The position numbers were made by a program, and so were the translations under genes. Positions 1-13,000 of a stretch of DNA of 64,000 nucleotides are shown in pieces. Under the pieces are notes generated by a model. That model was not told the DNA's origin. It did not search any database and saw only the letters and a list, made by a program, of their open reading frames with translations. Position 1 is the first letter of the stretch, and the number at the start of each line of letters is the position of its first letter. Origin of the DNA: Lama guanicoe (taxonomy: Eukaryota); NCBI GenBank assembly GCA_013239625.1, contig MU053652.1, forward strand, positions 8,878,077 through 8,942,076, given 5' to 3'.

Positions 1-294
1 AGCAGCTCTTCAAAATAGGTATCTTACAGAAGAGATAACTGAGACTTCAGAAAAAATTAGTAACTTGCACAAGGTTGCGCTGCTACTATTAAAACTCAGT
101 AGACCTGAGATTTGCACCTGTGCTCAACAGACACCGGAGCCCTCGTCACGCTCTTCCCGCTGGCTGCCCCGCCTCCAGGTCTGTCTGATTCAAAGTAATG
201 GCATTTTTGGATGCACAGCTCACCCACATCACAAAAGCCAAGGGTTAATATTTGTAGAGTCACTTTTTCCAAAAATAATGGTATTTATTTAATT

Positions 295-490
295 GTAAGT
301 GCAAACACTTTCATGCCAGGCAGTAGTCTAAGCACTTTACATGTGGTGCTTGTAAAAGTACAGTAGCAGTATTTACAAGAAATACTACCATTATTATTCC
401 TTTCTTAGGAAACTGGAGCAGAGAGGTTATTACCTACCAGCCGGTCCCTGGTCACATAGAGCTAGTAAGTGGGAAATTAGAACCCACTGT
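295..490 (-). mobile_element. MIR SINE
   Basis: tgccaggcagtagtctaagcactttacatg...gtcacatagagctagtaagtgg, reverse of the MIR core. Confidence 0.7.
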
Positions 491-600
491 CTACCTATTA
501 AGCTATCTTCTTATTTTCCCTTCCTCCCCATTCTAGGCAAGCTTCACAGTTAAGTTTACACTCAGTTAAAATGCACGGACGTTTGAAAAGGAGTCTGGAG

Positions 601-921
601 CAATGAAGCCCATAGAGATGTGATCACAGCCACATATGTAACTTAAAAAATTTTAGTAGCCGTATCAAAGAGGTAAAAAGAAACAGGTGAAGTTAATTTT
701 AAGAATATGGCTTATTGAACCCAGCCTATCCAAAATATTATCATTTTAAAATGTATTCAGTATGCACAGTTATCAAGATAGTTTACGTTATTTTTTCCGA
801 CAATGTCTTTGAAATCTGGTGGGCAATATGCGCTCCCAGCGCATCTCCACTAGAAGTAGCCCCGGCTTTCAAGTATTCATCCAGCGCATGTGGCTGGTGA
901 CTGCTGAATTGGACAGCTCAG
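601..921. mobile_element. MER33-like hAT-Charlie non-autonomous DNA transposon
   Basis: agccacatatgtaac...aaaagaaacaggtgaagttaattttaa...catgtggctggtgactgctgaattggacagctcag follows the MER33 consensus as I recall it. Confidence 0.75.
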
Positions 922-1059
922 GTCTCTGGTGAAGGACTAAGAGCTGGGCTCTGGAAACTGACCCTTCTTATTTCCTCCCGTGCATCTTAAGTGTCAGGTG
1001 TTGGATGTGATTAAAATGTGCAGCACCCTCCCCACCGAATCCAGACTGTCTCTCCCTCG

Positions 1060-1240
1060 TCTCTGCTTTATTTTTCTCTCTAGCCCTTAAGATTAACGCA
1101 CAAGATAGTTCTTTCATCTAACTGTCGCTCTAGAACATTAGCCCCATAAGGGCAGGGCTTGTGTATTTCAAAACTGCTCTATCTCCAGTGCCTGGCGCGT
1201 TGTTACTCGGTAGATTCTGTATTGAATAAACGAATGAGGT
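1060..1240 (+). mobile_element. L2 LINE 3' end fragment
   Basis: gccccataagggcagggcttgtg...tatctccagtgcctggcgcg...ttgaataaacgaatga, a typical L2 terminus. Confidence 0.6.
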
Positions 1241-4200
1241 CATGGCAGAGAGAGTGATCAGGCTGTTTATAGCAGAGGGAACATCTGTAAACTGGCAAGC
1301 TGGCTTGCAAAAGGCCACTCAAACCAATTACTGAAATAATTAGCAATAAAGAGCCAAAACTCACCGCTTAAAAATACCAAGATTGGAAAAATTAAACCAG
1401 AATTTCATGCCCTTTACCATGGGGTGGAGGGGTGAGGAGGCACTAACTCTAGATCATGGAAGCCAGAGGTTAAACACAGCAAATGCATTAATAGTATCTA
1501 GTAATCTAACCTGTTTCAGCTGTTTCCGTAATTCAGCATGATGCTCAGTTTGGCTAGTTCTCTTCCATCCTTGGGATTTCTTCAGATTCTCCACTGGCAG
1601 CACAAACTTGCAGAATAAAGGGATCTTACAACTCTGTAATAGATGGAGTAAAACAAGTGACCTCTCTCTAAATAAATGCCTTCGTTCCTTCTTGGGAATT
1701 ACTTGTATGTGTTTTATGAGAACAGATAGTTCATTTTGAGAACTTGAAATTTCTAGAAAGCAATTTTTTTCCTCTTTAATTTTAAGAAATGTTTGCGATT
1801 TGCGCTGTTGCGAAACAGCTAGTTTTCTTCTTTGGTTTAATTTTATCACTAATTTTTTTATGTAATTGTAAGATCATTTTCATTTTATAATCTAGGGTTC
1901 CAAATGATAGTGAAGCTTTATTTTTCTAATTGTGTGTGTGTCTGTGTTTTAATCACTTGCCTGGATGCAAATTCCCTGTTACTTTTAAAGAAGAATCAAC
2001 TAGTTCTTTAATTCAAGGAATTTCTTACAGACAAGAACAGTTATAAAACATCGAATCACGGTCCTTCCCTGCTTTCTCTTGAAAACTACGTTTCATATTG
2101 TGACTTACGATCAACGAAAGGGGAGACCACTCCTTAGAGCTTGCCTTGACCTGAGATCTTTTGAATAAATTTGGTACCTAAGCCCATTGTGCTTCTCGAA
2201 ACGTGGAGGTGCCCTAGACCAAAGGTACCATGGAATGAACAGACAAAGGCTTTGTGCACTGAGGATCTGTCTGGGCCCTCTGGTTGCCAGGTTCCCAGGT
2301 CTAAGCCCCAGTGCTCTCATTTTCAGAGTCTCAGCTGAACGGGATGGAGATGCTTTCCCAGAGGGCCGCGCTGCTTACTTTCTTTGAGAGGAGCAGTCGC
2401 ACTGTGGCCGGTCCTTACGTCATTAGGATGTGTTTGCCATCTGGGTGGCATTTTAATTTAGCACTTCATTGTCAGAGTGTAGCGATAAATAATAAATAAA
2501 CGAAATCTGTTCTGCTTAAGGACGGGTGTGTGCGGAAGTGAGTACATAAACGGCACTGTTGATGACATACTTTTGTTAATGACTAATTTCTTACTAACGT
2601 TTCTAGGATAACGTAACAGTTTTCTCTCACAAAAGATCTTTTGTGTTTCCTTATAAATTTGATTTAAAATTTTTTGAGTATTATATGCTACCATGAATTC
2701 GAGTTACTAATATCTAAGTAACAGACCTGAAATTTTGCCTTCCCACGAGCATTGAGAACACTTTGCGGGAGGTACTTTGTATATTAAAAGAAACAGAATC
2801 CGCACCTTAAAAATAATAAAATTGAAGAATTAAAGGGTTACTGTCCAGCCTATTTGGACAATGTGGCTTGGACTCTGGGACCCTGGCCTGAAAGTAAAAC
2901 CTCCGTGACCATTTCTTCTTCTGATCATTTCACCTGATGACTTAGGGACAAATTGATAGATTCAGTTTCTAGCTCTGAAACAAAGAGAATGGCTTATTGT
3001 CTTTTTCTTTAAAATATCTGAGAAAATCCTATGCATCTGTAAAGATTTTTTAGTTTGTAAGGCAGTATGTGTGCATATATAGTAAAAACTCATTGCTTGA
3101 ACCCTGAGTGAGCATCTGTGATCATTTGGATAGGGATCAAGTTCAAATTTATTTTTGCACTATTTTTGTAAGGAAAAGCCGTGAGTATTTTCCAGATGGT
3201 CCATGAACTATTTAAATTATCTAAGATAATTTTTTTCTGATAGTCATCAATTACTTTGATTCTGTCACCTAATATGACACGATTGAAATGTTCATTTTAG
3301 ACTATCTTTATGAGTATGTCCTCATCAATATGTTGAAGATGTCTCCAGCACCTCCTGGCCACACCATTAGCCTTATTCTAAATAATGTATGTGTCCAAAA
3401 GTGTTAAGACTATAGTCTCTTTTAAGTGCTGTGAAAGTATTACAGATTCACTCTGGCTCTTTCCGCACGTGATCTGGAATGAATGAGGATTTCTGGTGTA
3501 CTTCTTTGCCTCAACTTTTCTCCCCTCAAGTCGCTAGTCACTCAAGACAATAGCCCCACGCGATGTAATTGGTGCTCATGCCGACTTGTCAGCTCCTGAC
3601 AATGTTGACAGATCCACGCCTATGATTCAAAACCTGTTTGAGGGGCGTAACAGGCAAGAGATGCAGGGATTGTTGACTGGAAGAGGCAGATGAGGGCGTT
3701 ATTTGCTGAAGTCTGGCAGAGCTTTGAAGCTCTGCGTGTACCTTCCCTTAGCTTGGGACAGAGGACCAGAGCGGTGCAATTGCGCCATAGGTCTCTAAAC
3801 TCAGGTAACTGACCAGATGAGTGACAGGTCAGCTGAAGACCTGAGGGGCACCCCTGTCCACCAATGGCAACCTGGTGGCAGGGCTTTCAACACTCCTAGG
3901 GCCTCTGCCCTCACTAGATACCCACATCTCCACTAAACAGGGAAGCGGTTCTGTCAACTCCAGACAAAGCATGGAGACATTGAAGGACACGTAGCGCTCT
4001 CTCCTCTAAAATTCCTTCTGAGTCTGCATTCCTCAAACATCCTTCCTGACTGATCTTCGTTCAATTCTGAGAAAGCGATAGTATGTGTCAGTCCATTTAA
4101 AATAAGTGCTGGTGGCACCGTCATGCTGCTCTCTGCTTTTGCCCTTCTGCCCCTTGTGTTATTGGGGTTAATATTGCCAGCACTGAGCGGTTTGTCATGC

Positions 4201-4756
4201 CTCTGCTGAGGTCTTCTGTGACCTAAATGAGCAGGGCCTTTCCTCGATCCACAGTCTCTTTGTCGCTAAGTCACCCATCCTGGCTCTCCTTCTTTATTTT
4301 GTTGTATTTTGCGTGTGAGTGATGATAGATAAGGACAGTCTCAACCAGAGGCGGACAGAGCTCGTTCCACATAGAAAACATGGAAGCTTGATTCATTCTT
4401 AAACAGTGTTCTCTTTCCAGATTGGGCTGTCCTGGGAACTGGACCTCAAGTTTAAACGACACCTAAGTTTAAGGTTGTTTGAGGGCAGTCATTTCCTTTC
4501 AATCTCATAAAGTGTACCGTAAGCCCCCGCTCCCAGCTCTATACATACAACTCGTTTTTTACACCCACCCGTGTCTTCTGTTCTCCATCATCAGGGGATG
4601 AGGGATCTTCCTCTTCAAGCCAACTCACCCACCTGTGATATTGACCCCAACTCCACTTTACCTCTTTCTGGGCATATTTTACTCCATCATAGATCTCTTC
4701 TTTCTCTTCATCTTCTTTCTACATATTTCCCTTCCACTTATAAATATGTGGAGTCT

Positions 4757-5624
4757 GAACCTATCGTGCTGATAATTCTGTTGGTTTCTCATGTACTTTG
4801 AATAGATCTTTCATCATGCATAATTTTTTAACATCATGCATTGATCATTTGAAAATGTTGGTTCAGTGAATCATGGTCTTCTTAATGTTGACAAACATTA
4901 TATAGTACCAAAAATACTTGTTATACTCACCCTGTCAGAAAGATCTTAAAGTATTGGGAAGCTGTCAAACTCATGACAGATGTAAGTTTTCTAAAATCCT
5001 ACTTTTCCTTGAAAGCTCCCATTTTGTCACTGGCAACACATCCTGTATGTTTCTTTAAAGTGACAGGTTTACTTCAGTTTTCAGAAAATGCCTACCAAAT
5101 ACCCAAGTATGAATAACCATACTTTGTCTGTCAATCATCTTTTCAACTAAAATGGTTCTTTCTGAAAGGAAAAAAAAGGCATTTATCTCAGCCCTGGACT
5201 CAGACAATCACACAAACACTTTTCCTTGAGACAGTCATCATACTTCAGAACACAAAAGCCCTTGATACGAACGTCTCATTTTGTCAAAGATGATAGTTTT
5301 TTTTCAAATGTATACTCAAGGGTAGAGATTCAATAAAATTAATAATTTTTACTCTTTCATCAAGGACATTCTTATGTAAAACAGACTTTTTTTCTTGAGT
5401 GCAAGGCGATAAAGAACACATAACAAGTATAATTTAGCATCATAGCCTTGATTCATGCTGAGGCAACAACAGTTTTACCCATTCTTGCTTTTGCATCATT
5501 AGTGTAAATGTCAACAGAATTAAAAAGGCAAAACGTCTTATTAGGAAAGTACTTTGACCTTGCAGACCCTCAAAAGGTCACGAGGAGCCACAGTGGTCCA
5601 TGAACCACACTCAGAAGCTCTACT
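4757..5624. mobile_element. Charlie1-like hAT DNA transposon remnant
   Basis: aagtattgggaagctgtcaaactcatg, gaaagctcccattttgtcactggcaac and terminal gtccatgaaccacactcagaagctctactg resemble Charlie1. Confidence 0.7.
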
Positions 5625-5689
5625 GCACACCATCAGTCAACTAGCTAGCTAAATAAATAAATATGTACATATGTATGCACATAATAAGG

Positions 5690-6320
5690 TACCTTTCACA
5701 GTAACCGCCAAACTATAAGACATCTTGGAGTTAACTTTTCCAAAAGTGTACGAATTTTCCTAGACCTCTATAAAGAAAATTTTGAAATTGAAATCAAGTT
5801 TACAAAAATACTCCAAATAGATGTAGAGACAGTTCATGCCCTTAAGAGTGATGACTTAATATATAAACTCTCCCCAAATTAATCTAAAATTCACTGCAAT
5901 GGCCATTAGAATTCCAGGGTTAAAAAAAAAAACTTAATATAGTTACTTCAGAATTTAAATGGAAGAGTAAAGGGTACTGAATAACTCTATCAACGTAAGG
6001 AAACCAAACCAAACAAAACAGAATATAGAGACGTGCCTTGTCAGATACTAAGACAAATTCCAAAATCATCACCAAAGCCTGCAGTCAGGCAGCTACTCTG
6101 AAGAGGAATGTAGGGACAGACCCATGTGCACATGGGAGGCTGATCTGCTTCATCCAGAGCAAAGTGGGACCACAAATCAGTACGGAAGGCTGGGCTATTT
6201 CAGAGACATTAGAAAGAAGGGCTTACTAAGTGGATTAAAATAAACTGACTCCTTCTCTGATAAAAACGTGGTCTCCAGAGAGATTAGAGACCTCAGAGTA
6301 TTGAAGACAATGTCTATCAA
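5690..6320 (+). mobile_element. Old L1 ORF2 fragment (L1M-type), degenerate
   Basis: agacctctataaagaaaatttt, tctccccaaattaatctaaaattcactgcaat and acagacccatgtgcacatggg resemble the L1 ORF2 3' region. Confidence 0.6.
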
Positions 6321-7998
6321 TCACTATAAACTTATCATTTCTCTTTACTGTAACTATCCTCCCCTAATATTTTTACCTTTTCACTTTCTCAAGAATTTTC
6401 CAAGTTTCCAACTCAAATGCCTATTTGAGTTGAAACAAAATTGTTTAAACTTTCTGATAAAACATAGCAAGCTCCATTTTAGCTAGTTCATCTTCTGCAT
6501 AGAATTGTCAGCCAACCATTTATGCCTGGGAAAAAAATACATCACCCACTCTGAAGGGGCACCATGAAAGCTCTATGAATCGTATTGACTCACAAAGTTT
6601 CAGAAGAAGTTTTGTAAAATAATTTGAGGTAAATGCACAAGGTAGTGCATCCGGAGAACTCAATTGAATCTATCCCAGATTCCCCAGAATTTGAAGAAGT
6701 TATATTCTTCCCAAAGTTTCTCTTGGGTGAATATTTGCCTTCTGTCAAAATTCTTAGTGAGAACATAAGCACCTCCTGAGAAAACAAAGCGTTTATATAG
6801 TGTCTCCTCCGGCGTGCTCCTCACCGAGAACTAGTCCCTCGGCTGTGGTCTGTAAGGCTCTGAACAGCTCTTGCTAGAATCTTATCTCCTTCTTCTGAAG
6901 ATGCATGGAAATCTCATTACAAGTGTTCAACACCTGTTTCCTAAAAGGTCTCAGAAAGGATGTCAGTTTATTCAGCTCACTTGACAGTGTGTCATGTATT
7001 TTTTATGTTTTGTTTTGACTTTTACGTGGAACATGATTCACAGATAAATGCCGTCTTGAAATAGCAAGCCTTCTCTCTAAAGCAATTCTCTAGAGCGTGT
7101 CATTTTCTAAATCGAGGGTTTGAAACTAACTGATTGATGACCTTATTTATTCACTAACGTATGTCAACAGGTAAACCAGGTGACATTGAGCAATGTGGCT
7201 CCTGCAACACCTTGTTAATCTGAGTAGCTTCGATGTATTAAAAAGTGTTTTCAATTGGACAGAACTAGAGTAATGCAAACTGACAGATTTCCCCTCTTTA
7301 TTTCTCAGCAGAGTCTGTAAGTACTCAGAACCTGGACAGGTGAATATTTGAAATCAGGGAGATTTCGTTACCTGTAGGCCATAGCTAAGTGGCCATATAG
7401 ATTTAAGCACGTGATTAAAAGACCTAATCAAAGAATTTGTAATGCCAGATTTTTTTTTTCGAAAGAGAAACCTATGACATACCTCTAAGGCATCAGTGCG
7501 TACACACACATGCACAGTGACAGACAGACCCAAGACGTTAAAAGTGCAGAAATACCTAGGATGTCATGAAGCACAACGCCACTCTCTACCCTTGGTCTTT
7601 GCAAGTGTCCAACTAGGAGACTTTCCCCAAATCTTGGCATCAAATATATTATCACCACTAATGTGGAAGTTGGCTGCCCTATCTTGATTATGTGTCAAAA
7701 GGGACAAAGACATACATAGAGGCATCAGGATCTTTTGACTAATTTCCTGGCATCCAGGGCTACAAATCTGCAAATCTGAAAAGCCAGGCTGGTCTAACAA
7801 GAAAACTCACAAATCTAAGTATTGGAATACTGATCTGAGTTCTGCTGGACTAACTTGTGAATCTAAGTTAATTAGTGCTGGTTTGCTGTTCATGTTTTTT
7901 TGCTAGCCAGCTGGATTTTCAAAGATATATATCTGGCTTTGGAATGTTGGTTTGCTGCCTCCCCACCTCCACTTTTGTGATAATGATGCTCCTAAAGC

Positions 7999-8184
7999 TG
8001 TTCCATGCCTATTGGCCGAATACCGCAAGCTTGTACTTTACCCTATAAAACCTCATGCGCACATCTTGGAGGTGCTCAGAGTTTCGGAGCAGAAGCCCCT
8101 CTGAGCCCGCCAGCGTAATACATCTGAGTACTCCAACCCTCCGAGTGGTGCTTGTTTCTTGGCTGGCCTGTCGTTTCCGTAACA
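7999..8184 (+). mobile_element. Partial ERV-type LTR (U3 end, R, U5)
   Basis: attgg (reverse CCAAT) at 8011, tataaaa at 8044, aataca at 8117, terminal tttccgtaaca; retains several CpG. Confidence 0.6.
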
Positions 8185-9833
8185 ATATTAAGGTGGTTGT
8201 GTCCAGGAGAGTTCTCCTTCCTCCTTCTTCAGCTTGCCTCCCAGCTGGCAAGTCTCCAGAGTCCCTTCCACCTAACCCACTGCCCATTTCTGAACAAACC
8301 ATCCTCACTCCCACTGGCTCCATGGATCCTGCATGTCTGGTCCCTCATTGTTCACAGGCAGCCTTTCTCCTTGAGGCTGGGGGGAGAAAAGTGTTTAAAG
8401 GGCAAGAGAAGAATGAGAATGGAGGTGTGAAGGCACCCCCTTTATGCAGGAATGTAACAAATGACCCTGGAGAGGCTGTTTGTTTAGGCAAATGTAATTA
8501 GTAGACAAGGAGGAGGCATGAAATTTGGGATGCTGTAAGCTTTAATTATATGATAATTTAGTATTCATATGACAGTTACTCTAATTGAGATTATTCTGAT
8601 GGCTTTCAAATTCTGACCTGAATTATACTGGAGAGGAATAAATATAATATATATATAGACATCAATATACATACATACATAGCAATAAAACCAGGGAGGG
8701 GATGATTTCTCGGCTTCAGCTGCTGAATGTATACCTGTGTGAGAGAGAGACAGACAGAGATATCACGGATAAAGACCAGTCTTCAGACAAGCCCCTGTAG
8801 GACAGCCAGCTGGCAGAATAGCCAGCCGTGTCTTCAGAGCTAAAGATGCATTATAAGAAAATTTCCTTCTCTTTCAAGATTTTTTTTGTCCTGTGAGATC
8901 TTAGATCTTCCTGTTTTGCAAACTTGAGGAGAGCCTGGGTCCCAGGATTTAAACAGATTAAGTGGAAACTTTAATAAAACTCAAACCCAGGTATCTAAAC
9001 TTCCCCACTCTTACAAATCCCATAATTATAAAAGCTCGTGACAAATGTTAAACCAAATAGTATTAAATTGTGTGTGTGTGTCCTAATAATCTTCTCTCTG
9101 TAGTTCCGTCTCCATCCTATCTTAATTTAAGATCTTAAGAGAAGACTGTGCCTCCGTAATCCTTCTCGAGGAAGTTTCCCAAAGCGTCACTGACATTCTC
9201 GTCACACATGTATCTGACTTTTTATGGCCTGTCACTCGCGGGTCACCGCTTGCTGTTGGCTTATGAAGACTGCTTCAGTCTGGATCCAGTTTGGCTGCCT
9301 AGACTCCAGGATCCAATTCTCCTTTGTTTCATAGCTGACCATTTCCTTAAAAATGAATTTATTGATGCAAAAGACAATCCAGGTAAAGTAGTTAATGAGA
9401 CTGTGACCACAGGACAATTATTCGGAAGCACTGTATCATTAGCATGGTTAATTCCAAGGAGGTATTAACTGGAACTGTTGCTTTAAATGACAGGGTCATT
9501 AAGCAAGTTGGCCCCAAAGGGAGTCTTGGAATTAGGAGGCCACAGACCTAGTGTTTCCAAACATCTGTGACATTGGTATTCTCATGGATGTCAAACAGCT
9601 GTAGAGAGGCCCATAACATCCAGGATTGTTTTCATTCATCCAAGGATTGTTCAAATCTGTACCCTGTCCTGTCTGGGATAACATTCCAGAAAGGTAAAAT
9701 GGGTCCAGATTCTACAGAGAGGTCACCTTTTTCTTTTTCCTGAAGTGAAGTTTGTATAAAGATGTAGCTTGATTTCAGGTAAAGGAGGAAATAAGTGAAA
9801 GTTTAAACAGGTCACCTTTGGTTTTCATAAACA

Positions 9834-10037
9834 CTGGTAGTTCTCAAAGTGCATTTCTCAGACCAGCATCTTCAGCATCTCCTGGGAACTTGGTAGAAAT
9901 GCGAGTTCTCTGGCTGCACACACAAGACCTACTGAATCTAAAACTCTGGGGTGGGGGTTGGGGGGGAGCATCAGTCTGTGTTTTACCCAGCCCTCCAGGG
10001 GATGCTGGTGCATGATGAAGCTGAGAACCACAGGGCT
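9834..10037. mobile_element. MER5A hAT-Charlie MITE
   Basis: Terminal inverted ends gtagttctca...tgagaaccac; internal tcctgggaacttggtagaaatgc and gacctactgaatc. Confidence 0.8.
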
Positions 10038-13000
10038 ATACTGAAGATGCTCCATTCATTGACTAGAGCAACATACACTCTGGCACTCAGAGACCTATTA
10101 ATAGGTTGTAGTCAGACAACCCGAGAGAGGCAGTGATACAGCATTCTTCTGCACCAGTGCCGAGTCTTGGGGAGTCAGATCCTGGGAAAGTTTAGGTCAA
10201 GTTGGGGAAGGAGGGTTTGACTTTAGAAACCACCTCTCTCCTGGATTCTGAGGCCAGCAAGTTATATACTATCCCAACTAAAAGACTAAGTCAGAGAGAG
10301 TTGCCCCCAGAATCACCTAAACTAGTCACAAACGCTCAAGAAAGTGGCAGGCGGGTTCGAGGGGAAAGGGTTGTTTTGTTTAATGGGAAAGTATTTGATC
10401 TCCTGCCCTCCCTCCCTCTTGGGATGCAAAGGCCCGTGAGTATTGAGATCTGGCCGGGATTAGGACTCCCAGGAGCCGAGCTGTCCCAGGTGCTGGCACT
10501 GTCTCACTCAGCGCAGGTGGCTGTGCCTGGAGCTAGAGGAAGGGTCAGAAAATCTCAGTCAGATTTACACTTTCCAGTGGAGTCCTCGATCTGGATCATG
10601 CAAAGAAGGAGATCACTGACACTGGACGAGAATTAAGGTTCAAATTAGGACAGGCTAGGGAGCCACTAGAAACTCTGTGAGGCGCCCAGGCTGGCCTAAG
10701 GGGTGGGTATGAATGGGACAAGGCATTGAACACGGAGGTGGTTGCTCAGATGGAACCATTTCTCATCTCTCTAAATGGTGCAGGTCATGCCTGTGCCCAC
10801 AGCAGTGTGCAGCGTGTGTGTGAGTAATGTGGTGTGGCCTTATGTTTTTGTGGGTTGAGGACGGTGGAGGGAGCAGGCATATGTACTTCAGTGGAGGAGG
10901 GACACCAGGTGACAGAGGGTCCCATTCCACCATTTCTCAGCGGGGTCAGAGGGTAGATAAGTTTTTCAACCAGCAGTCCACAGAGAGGGTGCTGACAGTC
11001 CTGGCTACTGAATAACCTTTGGGGGTTCAACTGGGAGAACTCAGATGTTGCACTCTTGGTCCAACTTCCTTGTTCTGTTAAACCTCATAAGGCAAAGCCT
11101 GCTGGCTTGAGCCTGCACAGAGTGTCCCAGGCGAATGCTTCATGTTGCCCATCTCCTTACTCCTTCCAAACTGTAGGTCTTCCTTTAACTCCTTTCTCAA
11201 GATAGTGGTCATTTCCCTATTTCCTCCCCCTCTTTCCTCTTTATTTGCCTTTGTTTTTCTTTTCTTCCCCAGGACCTGCAGTCATCCCCATAACCCCTGA
11301 CCCCTTGCAACCCCACCTCAGTCACCTCCTGAAGGTCAGGGCTCTCTCCTCACCCATCTGATTTTTGTCCTTTAGAAGGAGGGAAAAGCAACAGAAGGGT
11401 GAGGGAGTTCTTTTTCTTCAGATGAGAGGAGGAAAAATACGGGAGACTTCCGTGTCAGACTGCTGCTAACTTTCTCTGATCTGAAGTTTCTGAACTCAAA
11501 CACACACCCACTAAGAGAATTTGATTCTGAAGAACTCCAGATAGTATACACAATTTAAAGCCTTCTACTGACATATCTTTGATCCTATTTCTTGTGAGCT
11601 AAGAACCCTGTTCTTGCATACTGAGAGCATTTAATTCATTATCAGAGCTTTTATTACAGAACTTCCTCATATTGACCAAAAATAGATGAGACATAACTAT
11701 CCTTTACTTTGTAAACTGATTAGGGAGAGAGAAAGATGAATTCTTTGAAGGCAGAAATATTGTTCTGTTCACCATTGTATCCCCTCAGTAGTACGGTATG
11801 GTATATGTAATATATGTTTGTTAAATCAAATTCAGAGCCACAAAATCTGGGGATGTTGAAGGACCAGCAGGACACCTTAGTGCATATATAGGAACTGTTA
11901 CCGTTGTCCTCTAGCTGGTTATCATGACCTAGATGCAAGGGAGAGAAGACAAGGTCATATTGCAATGGCGTTATTGCCGGAGTCCTTCAATCCAATGCCA
12001 TCTTGAATCCTATTTCTTGTTTAGCTGCAAGTACAGATACAAACAGTCTGTTAAAAGTTGAGGTCCAATACGTTTCGAATTTCTCTGTATCTTCTATGGA
12101 GAAAAAAACAGACTGAAATGATCTTACTGGTCTTCTCCCGTGTCCACCTACAACCTTCACAATGAGCATCATTATATATCCACCACAAGGGACTTTGACG
12201 GGCAGTGCAGGAAGGGAGGGAGGCAGCCAAGGAGAGTGTGCTGGAAGTACGCACTCTCCCTGAATAGGGGAGCAGAATTAAAGCCTAACAACGCATGGTG
12301 GTCAAGCTGTCTTCTCACATCTCCCCATCTCCCGACCTTCTCTCCAGTGAGATCTTTTCTTCAATGGACTGAAGTATAATTAAAAGGAATTGCTTTGAGA
12401 AGCCTAGAAATGTTATCATAGAAAAGTAAAAGCATTCCAAAATGAAGAAATAGCTTAGCCAAGAGCAATGCATTGAAATTCATCAAGAAGCCTTGCTGCT
12501 TCTGTTATATTTGCTTTAAATGTCACTATTTGGGTTGTATTACAGCCGTCAGCAACTTGGTGTAAAGCTTGAAGAATACAGAGAAATCTGTAATGCTGTA
12601 GAGGCGTTACAAAAAGAGGGAAAGTGGGCATTTTGAGGAGGAATTCTCAAATATTTACAATGTTCAGATCTTTAATGGAGCTATTGATACCCTTGTTATC
12701 TAATAGAGTCTGACTATAGAATGCATTAAACTTCTTGGCTGTAGTCAAATGAGTGACAGCCAGAGATGGCATACATAGTGTACTTGATAAAAAATTCTGT
12801 TTATTTAAAGCATTAGAGTGGCCATTATGTTCAAGTACAAAGTTTTGATCCTCTCAGTAAATTTCATCTACAAAGAATAAAATGTTTTAGACTGTTTTTA
12901 AGCTTCGATAGGACACAGGGTACTCTGAGTTTTTCCTTGAGATAGTGTCCAATGTGAAAGCTGGTTTTGACATATTCACACATAAACAGAAATAGGTTTT

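Noticed and set aside
3868..3881. CTCF-like motif CAACCTGGTGGCAG
   Set aside because: Two mismatches at informative core positions and no supporting evidence.
10107..11618. Possible old 1.5-kb LTR element with TG...CA ends
   Set aside because: I could not assign a family or find a target-site duplication by eye; needs a Dfam search.
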